Below, piece by piece: positions 12,591-24,708 of a stretch of DNA of 64,000 nt. Origin of the DNA: Octopus sinensis (Eukaryota); NCBI RefSeq assembly GCF_006345805.1, contig NC_043009.1, positions 37,634,001-37,698,000 on the forward strand, written 5' to 3'. The position numbers were made by a program, and so were the translations under genes. Position 1 is the first letter of the stretch; each line of letters opens with the position of its first letter. The notes under the pieces are model-generated. The model was given only the letters and a program-made list of their open reading frames with translations. It had not been told where the DNA came from and did not search any database.

Positions 12591-12794
12591 GCCGCCTCTT
12601 TAGGTCTTTTATCAAGAGGAAGGGGTAGGGGAGTGATCCGTGGGAGTATGCGATCGCGAGGCAGTTCTTGGAGCCGGGGACAGAGGAGTCTGAAAATGAC
12701 AGCTTCAAACAGGTCGCTTGACAATCGGCCAAAGCAAATTCACGTGTCTGGGTTCGATGCTGAACCTCTGAAAAATATTTTAGCCCATTTTTCT
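12591..12794 (+). CDS. RBM26: RBM26/27 exon: RG box and start of C-terminal RRM (AASLGLLSRGRGRG...LDNRPKQIHVSGF...LAHFS), 204 nt
   Basis: tttttcag|GCC acceptor and TCT|gtaagt donor. Matches RBM26 AAKRGILSSGRGRG and VDHRPRALEISAF...LLPHFA. Confidence 0.95.
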
Positions 12795-14399
12795 GTAAGT
12801 ATCTCATTTTCTTTTCAATGTTTAATTGAAGTTAGAATAACTCATGTTACTGTGTCTTTCCTCCTCCTCATCATCATCATGAGTTTCCTTTCATTTTTTT
12901 CTCCCATGTTGATACATGAGCTGGTTGTGTATGCATTACATCTCCCTCCTTGTATTTTAATTCTACAGTATCTTACCTATGATGGTTGACATTTTCCAAT
13001 CTTCCTTAATTCTTAAATATCCCTTAGTTTTGCTGCTATCATGATATTTCTTCTACCATCCGTTTTTGACAACATTTTTTAAAACCCTTTTATTATGATA
13101 TTTCTAACTAAAAATACCTCTTATGTGTTTCAATTAAATTCTAAAATAATTGTGAATTTAAACTGATTTCATAAAATATCTCTAACTTGTTTTATTTATC
13201 ATCATAAGGTTCTTAACCAAATCTGCTTCATAATATTTGTTTCAGAGCAAATCTACTTAGAGGTAAATTCAACAAAATATAACATTATTAAAATTTTGTT
13301 TAAATGAGTTATTAGCTAATATTTGATGAGTATGCAACAAAATTTTCATAGATAATTGTGCAAATTACTGGATTATATATCAGTTGAACTTAATGCACAT
13401 AAAATAGGCATATCAGTAAAGGTAAAACAGATTGAAATACTGGAAATTGTCTTCAAAGAAAACTAGGAAATGAAATAAACACCTACAATTCACAATCCAA
13501 ATTAAAATAAAAATGAAATAAATTCGAAAAAAATATTTATAAATAAAATTTATATATGCCAGATGAATCAACTTCGTGGCAGGAGGTGCAGATGAGGGCA
13601 GCTGCATTAAAGTCTCTAATGCACCAAATGTCAATTCCTAAAAAGCATTCGTGAAGTAAAATTATGTTGCAACACTAGCATGGCCACAGCTTATGAGCTA
13701 AAACTAGATAAAATAATAAAAATAATGCGTGCACACATGCACAATGTTCCTAAAAATGCTTGGATTTCTAACTTTAATCTAAGTATGTAGGAAACCTCAA
13801 AATATCATTTTTTTTTTCCCTCAATGTTCTGTATAACAGTTCGTTTCCGCAGTAATCACTTCAAAGGAAAAAGTAAAAAAAAGTATTCTAACAGTTGCAT
13901 TTCCTTGGAAAGACTGATTAAATCTAATATCTTCTAAAAATAATTAAGATACAGGTTGTCGTTAACTTAGGACCTATCTGACTTCTGACCAATCAACTTT
14001 GCAATGATTGGTGTGCCAGCTCCTGGCAGCAATAATAAATAGTCCAGCTGAAATCTAATGGGTTTAATTTCTTAGAAATTAACCTGTCTATGGATAATAT
14101 CAGCTAGAAAATACTTCTCCTAGGTTCGGTTATCAATCACCACTGTGTTGGATGACTGTTCTGTCATGGAGGCATCGAGGCAACCTTGTATTTGTTTATA
14201 AGACGACCAAAATTTTTGACTAACGCCAGTATAATAGTATAATACAGAATGCTGTGTGCGACTTTAACCTGAGAATGTACCTTATGAATGTAAAAATATA
14301 AAACCAAGCTATGTAGGCCTATAGACCAACTTACAACCAATTGTGGTTGTAAGTTGATGATGACCTGTAAATGGGTTTTAAACCCTTACTATATTCAGT

Positions 14400-15112
14400 G
14401 GAAATAATCCGTGGTAGAGGGAGACCCAGGAAGACATGGGATGAGGTGGGGAAGCTTAACCTTCGAACGTTGGGCTTCACAGAGGCAATGACGGAAGACC
14501 AAGACTTCTGGAGATATGCTGTGACTGAGAAAACCTGGCAAGTAAAGTGAGATCACAACTGTAACCTACACCAGTGTTGCATAACCAGCCCACTTAAAAA
14601 AACGTACCTTTGGATCGTCGGGCGACATGCCGTGCTTGAGGAGACCTATTGAGTCAAGCACATCAAAATCAAATCAAACCACAATCAAATGGAAATTGTA
14701 CTTCTGGCTGATGCCAGTGCCGCCCGACTGGCTCCTTGTGCCAGTGGAACATAAGCACCATCTGAATGCAGTTAATGCCAGCCCCTTCACCCCGACTGGT
14801 TCCTATGCCAATGCCATGTAAAAAGCACCATCCGAATGTGGCTGGTCCCAGCGCCCCGGTGGCACGTAAAACACACCACCTGAACGCAGTCGATGCCCCC
14901 CCCCACATACACACGTCTGGCTCCTGTGTCAGTGGGACGTAAAAAGCACCCACTACACTATCAGAGTGCTTGGCATTAGGAAGGGCATCCAGCAGTAAAA
15001 ACTTTGCCAGATCAGATTGGAGCCTGGTGCGGCCTCCTGGCTTGCCAGACCCCAGTCAAGCTGTCAAACCCATGCCAGCATGGGAAATGGACGTTAAACG
15101 ATGATGATGACA
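14400..15112 (+). mobile_element. 5'-truncated RTE LINE (end of ORF2 plus 3' UTR with 4 core units)
   Basis: GRGRPRKTWDEV motif, RTE UTR and (GAT)n tail. Confidence 0.88.
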
Positions 15113-15289
15113 TGTTGCCACACTGAGAATGAACCTGAAATCATGTTGGGAAACAAATTTAACGACACAGTCACACCTGCACCTATTATAAATATGAATA
15201 TATGTAGTATATACATATTAACCTTTCCACTAAGATGTATTATTAATGATCACGTGATATATATATATATTTTTTTTTGCTTCTGTCAG

Positions 15290-15376
15290 TTATTTTGTGA
15301 ATTGGTGAAATCAGAACCAGATCCTACAGAGAGTAATGTTATCTTGACGTTCAAATCTAGACAGGATGCTGAGAAG
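15290..15376 (+). CDS. RBM26: RBM26/27 exon, RRM middle (LFCELVKSEPDPTESNVILTFKSRQDAEK), 87 nt
   Basis: ttctgtcag|TTA acceptor and AAG|gtaaat donor. ILTFKSRQDAEK matches RBM26 VITFKTRAEAEA. Confidence 0.93.
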
Positions 15377-15894
15377 GTAAATATTTTTTTGTTGTTGTAT
15401 TTTATGTCATTTTTTAATAAAAAGGTGTAATAACCTTGTGGAGATTATGCATGCTCTCTATCTCCCCTTTCACATTTTTTCTCATATGGAACACACTCTT
15501 GTCATCCTATACACCTACACATTCATCATACACTCTCTCTTATTGTTTTTGTCACTCAGTTTTGAAACCAGTTTCATCTGACCCAGTCACAAAATGAGTG
15601 ATGGGGCACTACAGGGAATTCAACAGTCAATTACATTGTACATAGTGTATTACTGATACTTATTTTTAATTCAACAAACTTTGGAGACTTGAAAAGTCAA
15701 ATTGATATGTGGAAATATTTGAACACTGGGGAAAGAGACAGACTGACAGGGAGAGGAAAGATTTGTGCTGTTTTGGACCTGTGGAATGTATGACGGATGA
15801 GTTGGTTGAAGAATGCTAAGTAATCCTACTGAAAGCAACACTGAATTCAGGGTGGACTTGACAAGGGACCACAAGTGTAGAGATTCTTGGAATA

Positions 15895-16800
15895 TCATTC
15901 TGATGGATGTACATCTTTTGTCTTGAAAACCAAAGACGGTCATTTTTCTTCTGGCATTGACTTCAGCCGCTCATGCTGCTCGCAGTTGCTCTTCTTTGTT
16001 ATCGTTTGGTTTGGGTTTAAAAGTTGAAAGTGGACTAAACCTTTCATATCCCACCAAACAGATGATAACAGCTTATGTAGGTGAAGACCTTCTTTAGCCT
16101 GTAGTGCTGTTGTTTCTCCTTTCCCTACCCACTGTCTTCGGCACTCGACATTTTAATAGGGAACCCATTTCTCGTCACCAGTCTCTATTCAGTCCAAAAA
16201 CGGTTCATTCATGAGACGAGACAGCAAAGAAGAGCACACATTCATTCTCTGTATTTGATTGAACTTGGAGAGTTTGTTAGGAACCCATTTACCCAATTTG
16301 CTGACTTTTCCAATGGCACGCAGGTGTCAATAAATGGTTGAATGACCGAATCCAAGCTTGTCTGCTAGTTCCTCAACAGTTATGATGGGATTTTCTTCCA
16401 GGTTTTGCAGGACATCCTCGTTGAGCTCTACAGATCTTCCAGGACAGAGCTTGTCTTCTAGGCTGTAGTTTCCAGTTTGGAATTTCTGGAACCACTGCTG
16501 ACACTGGCTTCTGCTTATTGTTCAATCCCCATATATTGCATTAATATTCCTTACACTTTCCATTGTGTTGTTGCTTTTATTGAACTCATAAACCAAAATA
16601 TGCTGAATGTACTTCCAGTATAGCTTTGAAAAAATAACTGTTAAAGTTGAACTGCACTCTTCAAAACTTGCACTAAGAATAAGGACAGGGTAAAATTACT
16701 ACCTGCTTTTATAGCAAGTTGATGCAGGTAGTTTATCCGACCCTCCTCTGACTTTTAGTTCATGCAATTGAAAATCTTCGTTTTTAAGGGGTGACCCAAT
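15895..16800 (-). mobile_element. Defective mariner-like element, copy 1
   Basis: TGDEKW motif on the minus strand. TIR GGGGTGACCCAATA at about 16788-16801. Homologous to 43157-44260. Confidence 0.85.
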
Positions 16801-17002
16801 ATATACACGTACATATATATGTGTAATTTTGTTATATACTCAGAAGTATAATTAACACTGTGTCTATGTACACACACACCCATGTATCTGTATCATGTAT
16901 GCATGTATATATATATTTTTTTATATTATGTTTATACATTTATATGCGTGTACAAGCATACATTGTCACCATTTGTATTATTATTGTTTCATTTCTTATT
17001 AG

Positions 17003-17119
17003 GCTATATTGAAGTGTCGTCGATACAAGAACAAAGAATTAAAGATCAAATGGTACACACCAGCTGCTCCTACAGTTACTAATAGCATTGATACATCATC
17101 TGCTGACCTTGATGATTCT
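17003..17119 (+). CDS. RBM26: RBM26/27 exon, RRM end (AILKCRRYKNKELKIKWYTP...DLDDS), 117 nt
   Basis: ttcttattag|GCT acceptor and TCT|gtaagg donor. YKNKELKIKW matches FKGQDLKLAW. Confidence 0.92.
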
Positions 17120-17697
17120 GTAAGGCCTGTTTTCTCTCTTTCTTATTTGTTGTGATTACTTAAGCATTTAGTCCTCACATATTCAATGCATATTCTCTTG
17201 TTCAGCAGAATCTTCTATTGATGGTAAAATGAAATGGTTGTAATCCTTTAGCAATCAAACTGGTCAAATCTAGCTTCTGTAAGCTTGTTTGAGTTGACCC
17301 AAGGTTGAAGGTAGTGTTTCTATGAACAGCCCATGTAATTTTTTCTTTCAATTTGTTTGGGACTACATTGTATAAAGTCTATTATTTTTTAAAGACAGCA
17401 GTGTGTGATTTGAAGGAGATTTGGCTGTTTTTCCTTGCATATCAAATAACTGTGCAGAGCCTCTCTTGTTGGTTGAGGACAGCATCATTTGGTGTTGCTT
17501 GTTCATGTGTGATGCTGTAGGTACATCTTTTTTCATAAGAAAATAATCACCACTCACTCATACCTAAATCATTTTACAAATATTAAAGCCATGTGACCTC
17601 CAGTATCGATCTTTTACAGATGTACAAGGCCTTGTCAGTTAACAATAATTAAAATTAAAATATTAGTATTATATGCCCCTTCCCTCATACATCAACC

Positions 17698-17915
17698 CAG
17701 TGGTTCTCAACCATTTTTTGCCTATGGCCCTTTTGATTCCTATTTTACTCACTGTATATAAAAGAAAAAAATCCTACCGCATTTTTATAATTAAATATTA
17801 TTAGGAATTGTGTAAAATAACTAAAATATTTTATGCATTGTAGAAGTATAAGAAATTTATTGCACATAAATTTTAATAACAAAACTATGTTGTCCCCCCC
17901 AGTCGAGAGCCACTG
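17698..17915. mobile_element. hAT-type MITE (CAGTGGTTCTCAAC...GTCGAGAGCCACTG)
   Basis: 14-bp TIRs (12/14 match). The 8-bp TSD is only partly conserved. Confidence 0.6.
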
Positions 17916-17989
17916 TGTGAACCCATCATCTCCAAGCAGGAATCTGAAAGCTCCCTCCATTTGTTGTCTTGCGAGTGGCAAGGTCACCT

Positions 17990-19250
17990 CACAAGTATCT
18001 GTGGCATGTAAAAATCACCAAGTACAAGGTGTAAAGTGGTTGGCATTAGGAAGGGCATCCAGCCATAGAAATTATGCCACAGCAGACACTGGAGCATGAT
18101 GTTATCCTTGGACTCATTGAATCCTATCAAACCATCCAATTCATGCCAGCATGGAACGTGGATGTTAAATAAGGATGATGATATTGTATATATCAGCATG
18201 ATTATTTGATATGCTCAATATTTTGACTTCTTAAGAGTAAAATTATTGACAAGTTAGTATCTACACTGCATATGAATACATCAAAAATAAAGTGGGAATT
18301 CAACTGGATGAAGCATGAAATGTTCTAGATTGCAGGACATCAGAGAAAACAGAGATATTGTGGAAGAAAAGTGTGTAAGGATTGATAATGGTACACTTGA
18401 ATTTAGTGGTTCTGAAAAGAAGCATGGAAGTGCTGTTATGAAATGCTACTAAAATTGGATAATGTAATGGAAAAGGAAAGTATTCTTAATGTAAACCTGA
18501 CAGAGGGGTCAGCCTTTGTAGATGATAGCAGTATGCTAGTTAAAGCAATCGAGGATATGAAGACAAGGAAAGCCCCTGGTCCGTCAGGAATTTCATTGTG
18601 GTGCTTAAAACATCTGGTAAAGTGGGATACGGCCTAGATAGCCTGTAGTTAATCAGGTTGTTTAATAAGTTGTTATATCCAACAACTGGTATAGCAGCAT
18701 TATTGGTCAACTGTTTGATGAGTAAAGGAGATGCTTTAGAGAGAAATAATTACAGAGGTATCAAATTAATGGACCAGCTTTTGACTTACAGAAAGAGTTG
18801 TGTTCCAGCTAAAAGTTAGACTAGATGGGATGCAGTTCCATTTTTTGCCAGAGAAAAGTACTTTGCTTTAGTTGACCTGGAGAAATCCTTTGGCATTTGC
18901 TCCTTGATCTGGTGGTCGCTACAGAAGTTAAGAGTAAACAAATGACAGATCTTTTCCATCTCAAGCACAGATTTTTAAATTAATTTTTTTTAACTAAACA
19001 CTTAGAAACTTCGGATACTGGTTGAATGTGTCATGTAGAACAGAGTTTACCCTTCACGTTTTTGACAAAATTTTGTATTTTAGAAGTTATTTCATGTTAA
19101 AGTTGTCGTATTTGGGTAATTTTAACCAATCAATGACTTGTGAGGTGAGAGCTGTTCAAGCTAGGCATGGGGATGCTGTCAGTAAAGTGAGTTAACAATG
19201 AGTACAGCAGTGAATTTAGTGTGCTGGTAGGAGTTCATCATTACAAAGTT
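17990..19250 (+). mobile_element. RTE tail followed by a decayed RTE reverse-transcriptase fragment, interrupted by a MITE fragment (~18955-19140)
   Basis: KAIEDMKTRKAPGPSGI, KGDALERNNYRGIKL and LVDLEKSF motifs. Confidence 0.75.
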
Positions 19251-19319
19251 TGGGTGAATTTTCCTCAATTATTGTGACAAAGGAATTTAATATGAGTTGT
19301 CGTGTCTTCAATTTTTCAG

Positions 19320-19433
19320 TTTACCCAGTCTCCGCTGGAGTGTACAGAGTTCACTGACCTGGAAGTTGGAGCCCTGTTGGGTGCTGATGACGAAGATGAT
19401 GAAGATGAAGAGAGTCGCTCTTGGAGAAGATAA
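19320..19433 (+). CDS. RBM26: RBM26/27 terminal coding exon (FTQSPLE...ADDEDDEDEESRSWRR*)
   Basis: atttttcag|TTT acceptor. The acidic tract and terminal ESRSWRR-stop are the RBM26/27 C-terminal signature. TAA at 19431-19433. Confidence 0.96.
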   Translation, partial: FTQSPLECTEFTDLEVGALLGADDEDDEDEESRSWRR

Positions 19434-19437
19434 TAAA
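19432..19437 (+). promoter_or_regulatory. AATAAA overlapping the stop codon (TAA TAA AC)
   Basis: Seen in sequence. Use as a poly(A) signal is unproven. Confidence 0.3.
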
Positions 19438-21633
19438 CAAACATATGGATGATGGAATTTTCATTTCTCCCCCATCCCCTACACCACCACCTCTACCACT
19501 ATTGCCTATATCTATGGCACCAGTTTTTTTTTCATGTACAGTTGTAATATTCTTAAAAAAAAGAAGAGAACAATATATATAAGAAAATTCTTATTCTTTC
19601 TCGCTTTCATAACAAAAACTAAATTCTATTTTTTCCCCTTCCCCTTTTAATTTGCTCGTTGTTCCCATTAAGGCAGGCTAATGTGTCATTTGATTCCAAC
19701 TGAACAAACACGAAAAGTTTGTTGATAATTTTTTTTCTCCTTTTAGTTTGAGGAAATTTTTTTTCTTTATTTGTTTATTTCTGGAACAGTAAATCTGGGT
19801 TGATTTACTCTTGCCTTCATTTTTTTTTAAAACCCTTCTGAGCTGACCACTTCATGCAAGACAATAATGAGTGTATAATACAAAAAAAATATATATATAT
19901 ATATACATATTTGTATATGTATACACATATATACACCCACTGAACTAGTCAGAAATGCTGTTATTGATTGAAGTAGATAGCAGCTTTTTGTAAATAGATT
20001 TTATGACACACATACACATATCTTACCTTCGTTTTATTTGCCCTCTCCCTCTCAGCCCCCTTCAGTATTGTATTTTCCACCCTCTTCTAAAACCAAACTG
20101 AAATGACTGCTGTGACCCTTTAATTTGTTTTTTATTTTTATTTATTTATTCACTTTTTTTTTTTTTTTTGCAAAGTGGGTTGGTGGGTCTCTGTGTAATT
20201 TTGTTGGTCAGTCAAGAAAATAATCAACATGTATGCACACACACACACACTTAAACATTGGGCTTTAATAATAATGTTTAAACATCACAGAAATGTATAA
20301 AAAAAAAACCTGAATTCAGAAAATATAGTTTGACCATCAAAATAATTTCCTCTGGTTTAGTATAGATTGAGCAAGATTCTTTGGTGACATTGTATGTGTA
20401 TGAATGTATGTGTACACACACACATATATATATATATATATAATGCAAGGATGTGATAGTATTCATTGTGAATGATATAATTTACTGAAATATTTATTTA
20501 TGCAAGCAAAAGATTTACATGTAATCCATTTGTCCCCATAGCAGCCACCTTTCATCTCGAATTAACATCTTGTTTATAGTATATCCTGCGTTTGTGTTCA
20601 AATCTGTTCAAGGGCACTCTATGAAACTAATGTAATGCATAGCTATATTGACATAAGAAGACTATTGTTGGTATTTCTCTTCTCACATACCCATATCTGC
20701 AGCTCATTCACCTTTCATCATCATCAACATCATCATCATCACCTAGTTGTTGTTATCAGACTGTGATGAATGGCAGAATGTCTTGGTGTCATTTCTAGTG
20801 ACTATCTTGTGCCTTATTTCCTGTATACATCCGATACATAAATCTCTTTCTCAGATACACATACGCACTCAGATATTTAGATAATGTATACATTTATATA
20901 ATGTTCTCATATAATATGTAGTTAAACTGTATCAGTGTACAGTAATATATATATATATACACACACATGTGCATACATGTATATATGTATACTATATACA
21001 AACGTATAACTTGTATGTATATGTGTACATACACTTGTATATTGTACTCATGCATACATGTATGTGTGTATATCTCACTTCATCCCACTTAGTTATTTTA
21101 TCAACCAACCAACCCAGCCTGAATTATACCACTTGTTGTGTATGAGTTCAACTTCTGCGTTTCATCATATTTTTTTCTTTAGTTAAGTAGCTAGCTTGAG
21201 CAGTTTAAGTTCAAATTCATGGTGAAAGTGTTTCTTTTCCATGTATTTAAAATATTCCGTTATGTTACATTCACTTAATTTCGGTGGGATATTTAAGTTT
21301 CTGTCAGTTTTTAGCTTGTGCCAGTGGTTATAAATGACATGGCCCTTTATAGCTGACCCCGTCTCATGAGTACATAACTTCATTTTAAGTAACTATTTTA
21401 AAAAGGATTTAGGCAAAAGTTATTTCAGATATATATGTGGACAATGGACTTTAAATGATGTTAATATATAATATAGGTTTGATGATAAAAACAAGAAAGA
21501 AATGAAAACTTGAACATATATATATAATTTCAGCAAAACAATTAAGATTCACATGAATTCAAATGAATATGGTACTTAACTTAGATGCACCAGAATTCTT
21601 TATGGTATTAACCATAAAAATATGTGGGGTGAT

Positions 21634-21980
21634 TATAACCAAGAAAAAAGTAACAAGAATGGATCAGTAATTTAGCACAATAGTTTCATACTAAGAACAT
21701 TTTATTTAAAGCTGCAAATATTACAGCAAATATAATGTCAAGTATTCATCAGCTAAATCACATATATGTTTTCCACACATCCCAGAGAGTGTAAATATCC
21801 TTATGAAGTATTCAGATATTTACACTCTCTAGGATGTGTGGAACACATATATGTGATTTAGCTGATAAATACTTGACATTATATTTGCTGTAATATTTGC
21901 AGCTTTAAATAAAGTGTTCTTAGTATGAAACTATTGTGCTAAATTACTGATCCATTCTTGTTACTTTTTTCTTGGTTATA
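21634..21980. repeat. Long inverted repeat: 166-bp arms (21634-21799 and 21815-21980), 15-nt loop, 4 mismatches
   Basis: Base-by-base reverse-complement comparison gives 162/166 identity. Confidence 0.98.
21908..21913 (+). promoter_or_regulatory. AATAAA candidate poly(A) signal inside the right arm of the hairpin
   Basis: By eye, this is the first canonical AATAAA after the one at the stop codon. Confidence 0.35.
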
Positions 21981-24471
21981 TATTTATATATATATATATC
22001 TTTTTATTAATCAGAAGTTACAAAGTAACTCAAGGGTTGAGGGTTTCATGCACTGGCATGTTTGATAAGTGTTAGTTCATGAGACTCTCAGCCCTTGTGT
22101 TAGTCTCTAATTTCTGTCAGTTAATTGATATAATTTTATGATCTATTTTGTTGCAAAGAAAATTTTTTAAATGTACCATTATTTTTCATAACTATTAATT
22201 ATCTACAATGCTAGGCACCATACTTACTGTTTGCGAATTTCTTTGGGCAGATCTACTTTCATTTTCATTTTTTCTCTTTGGTCTTTTAATCGACAGTCTT
22301 CTTCCTAAAAGTCAAAATTTCATGGCAAACATTGTCTTACACTGGCTTCTCTGGTAGCATTCAGTCTCTTTGTTTTATATTTCTAACCATAGTTATAATA
22401 TTTATCTGCCATCGTTCATCCTAACAACAACATGGGGTTCTGTCGTGAATAAAAACAAACTAAATATCGAACATATTTGTATTAGTAATAAGCAAGGTAA
22501 TGAATTGGCAGGCCAGGTTGTGTTTAGTTATGTCCCTATATAATCTTTATATCCTATTGAAGTTAATTTTGCCATTCAACCTTGAAAGCGTAGTGTGTGT
22601 GCTCTAATATAAGCACCACCAATCAAATACTGGAGTTGGATTGGTCAACTACTGCCCCATCACACACAAAAATATTCTGGTGTGAAATTATACTTATTTA
22701 TCTTAGAAAAAAATATTATTGTATTAATAATAGTACCTTGTATACTGTGCTGCTATTCCTAATAATGTTGTTATTTTACAATTCATATTAGGGCAGTGGT
22801 TAGTAGAAACTGTATGAAGCCAGTTAAAATGCTTTTCTGTATTTAGTAACATCCCTTTATGATTAGTGTTCAAAATTCAGGATTAATAAAATAAGTACCA
22901 ATCAAGTAGGGGCTCAGTAAGAGTGACTCTATCCTTTGATCTTGTTATTAAAGAAATTATTATCATTATTTAAATGAATGTTTTAGGAAAGTCATAGCAT
23001 TTACAAAAGAGCTGTCTAAATACTTAGTTTCTTAATTAAGTCTTCATTACTTTTTTTTGTTATTTTTTATGTCACTGTCTTAGGTTTGTGCATTGATGAT
23101 TTTATAATTCCTAGCCACCTAATTTAGAAATGGGATCATCCAGTATAATCTTTTATTTTGTTTTAGTATAATCATTCATCTCCCTAATCTTGAGCTTTTC
23201 TCTGTTAAATGTCCGCATATACTTCATTCACCATTCCAAACATATACAGACCCTTGAAATTGTAAATTTTTTTAAAGCGCTCCATCTATGTATTTTATTA
23301 ATTTTAATTTCAATTTTGCTATCACTGTTTAGAATAGGAGTAAAGTGAGGGATCCAGATCAGTCTCTGCTTGCAATTGCTGGGTCTATAGAGAGTAATAC
23401 TGAAGAGCCAGTGGGAGTGGGTGGGGCTTATAATCTTAATACTGCAGTCTCTCTCTCTCTCTTTCTGGTTATCACACTGCATTTGAGCCCTGATGTTGTC
23501 AGTAGATAATATCATCTGCAGTGGGAAGACTGTGAACATGCAGTGTGCAGTGCTGCTGGAGAGAAAGATAGTGACTTGCTGTAGATTGGTATCTCTTGCT
23601 GAATGAAAGAGAATAGATTGGGTGGGGATCTTTTGTGTCTCCTTCATAGCACAAACACCAAAGATAAACTTTGGCCCAATGCGGTCTTGTCATTCTTGGA
23701 CAATCAGTAGCCCAGTCCAATTTTGGTTATCTCTTACTGTTGATATATATATACATGTGTGTGTGTGTAGATATGGTGACATGACTGCTTGAAGTGCTGC
23801 ATGAATTGGAAGTGGGAGAGAGAATAATTTTAATTAGCGTAAGTTCTAAGCAAGTTATTTTCTTGGCTCATCAACCCACGTCTTAATTTTTTTTTTTTAT
23901 TATTTTTTTTTGTGTGTGTATGTGTGGAGTTGGGGTTGGTATCTCTGTTTTACTTTTTCTCTCTTCTTTTTCTCTCCCAATTCACAAATTCTTACATCCT
24001 ATCTTGATTTGACCCGGTTGAAGAAAAAAAACAAAACAAGAGATATAACGATATTGACGTTTTAAAATATGAAAGATACCTTCATTTGAAAATAAATGGA
24101 ACACAGGTGAATAAAAAGAAAAAAAAAATTATTTAAATTCCACATTCTGCTGGGATTTGTTCCATACTTATTCTTCGAAGTTTTTTTTTTCCTTCTTTCT
24201 ACCCCCTCTATTATATTTTAGTGAAACATATAACAACAGCAACGGTAGCAACTACAAAAGGCGGCAAAAGAAAATATCAGTTTTAATAAAACTGCAAGAA
24301 GTTTGGTTTTGTTACCTAACTCTTTTCTTTTAAATTAAATTTTTTTTTTTAACAAAAATTTTGTTTTCTCCATGTGAAGGAAGTAGTTGATTAAATATTC
24401 TGGACTTCACACTGTTTTTAACTATTATTATTATTATTTTTATTTTTTTTTTTATTATTGTTACCATTATA

Positions 24472-24708
24472 GTAGCAAACTGGCAGAATCGTTACCACAC
24501 CGGACAAAATGCTCCGCTGCATTTCTTTCGGTTTTACCTTTCTGAGTTCAAATGCTGCTGAGGTCGACTTTACCTTTCATCCTTGTGGGATTGATAAATT
24601 AAGTACCAGTGAAACACTGGGGTCAATGTGATTGATTATCCCCCTCTCCTAAATTTCAGGCACTGTGCCTATAGTAGTAAGAATTATTATTATTATTATT
24701 ATTATTAT
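24472..24708 (+). mobile_element. Family-C SINE, near full length
   Basis: tRNA-like head with a GAGTTCAAAT B-box and an (ATT)n tail. Confidence 0.85.

Larger units (their letters stand above)
19434..24470 (+). other. Putative long 3' UTR of the RBM26/27 gene (3' end undetermined)
   Basis: Directly follows the stop codon, is U/AU-rich and is nearly free of recognisable transposons, unlike the rest of the window. No transcript data. Confidence 0.5.

Noticed and set aside
19989-21797. Pumilio-like TGTA(A/C/T)ATA motifs in the putative UTR
   Set aside because: Expected by chance in TA/CA microsatellite-rich sequence. Cannot be supported without conservation data.
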